Made by a program: the position numbers and the translations under genes. This document shows, piece by piece, positions 63,248-64,000 of a stretch of DNA of 64,000 bases; position 1 is the stretch's first letter; each line of letters starts with the position of its first letter. A model generated the notes under the pieces. That model saw only the letters and a program-made list of their open reading frames with translations, did no database searches and was not told where the DNA came from. The DNA comes from Octopus vulgaris (lineage: Eukaryota), in contig OX597838.1 in the NCBI GenBank assembly GCA_951406725.2, positions 12,958,001 through 13,022,000 of the forward strand, written 5' to 3'.

Positions 63248-63407
63248 CGACGGACTTCTTTCAGTTTCCGTCTACCAAATCCACTCACAAGGCTTTGGTC
63301 AGCCCGAGGCTATAGTAGAAGACACTTGCCCAAGGTGCCACGCAGTTGGACTGAACACGGAACAATGTGGTTGGTAAGCAAGCTACTTACTACACAGCCA
63401 CTCCTGT
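63005..63407 (-). mobile_element. SINE family A, near full length
   Basis: Family A sequence. Confidence 0.9.
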
Positions 63408-63597
63408 ATTAAGAAATTGTTAAAAGATTTTGTGTATTGTAGAAACAATAACCAATTTATTGCACACAAATTTTGGACCCTGGTTGATAATCACGGGTTT
63501 ATAGTGTGTGTTAAACATAAGCTCATTCCCTCCATCAAATTGACATTACCTGTATAGGTGCATGAGTGTGCCGCATGTCACATATTGAAATGATTCA

Positions 63598-63830
63598 AGG
63601 CAGCGGACTGGCAGAAACGTTAGCACGCTGGGCGAAATGCGTAGCCGTATTTCGTCTGCTGTTACGTTCTGAGTTCAAATTCCGTCGCGGTCGACTTTGC
63701 CTTTCATCCTTTCGGGGTCGATAAGTTAAGTACCAGTTACACACTGGGGTTGATGTGATCAACTTAATCCCCTTGTCTGTCCTTGTTTGTCCCCTCTGTA
63801 TTTAGCCCCTTGTGGGCAATAAAGAAATAA
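63598..63830 (+). mobile_element. SINE family B with TSD gaaatgatt
   Basis: Flanks at 63587-95 and 63831-39. Confidence 0.88.
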
Positions 63831-64000
63831 GAAATGATTGCAGAGCAATGTGAAATGAAGTGTTTTGCTTAAGAACACAATGCATTGCCTAATCTGGGAA
63901 TTGAAACCGTGATCTTCCAATTGCGAGTGCAACATCTTGACCACTAAGCTATGATCATATATATATGTATATACTCTCTCTCTCTCTCACTTTTTCAGTC

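Overview
AT-rich eukaryotic DNA, dense in microsatellites and transposons. The SINE families resemble those of Octopus (coleoid cephalopod), so this is probably intronic or intergenic octopus sequence; that assignment is an inference. No complete host protein-coding gene is supported: nearly all listed ORFs are read-throughs of simple repeats or SINEs, and the real coding remnants are decayed transposons (R4/Dong-like, CR1, RTE/BovB-like and L1/Tx1-like LINEs, mariner, a Gypsy integrase fragment). At least four SINE families (my labels A-D), Tc1- and piggyBac-like MITEs, a Helitron and a Helentron/HINE-like element are present. The most notable unannotated signal is a set of self-cleaving-ribozyme motifs: two near-canonical type I hammerheads with very long stem II and a palindromic loop III (10751-10847 +, 25925-26038 -), a decayed third copy, three minimal hammerhead-like motifs with covarying stem I, and an HDV-like pseudoknot candidate at a probable LINE 5' end. 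Other highlights are a ~2.6 kb inverted duplication, a second local inverted templated insertion, several fold-back palindromes, SINE dimers mobilised as units, a candidate recursive splice site, and a CpG-rich promoter-like zone with candidate 5' exons near 43.5-46.3 kb. Coordinates were read by eye and may be off by a few bases; ends of decayed elements are approximate.
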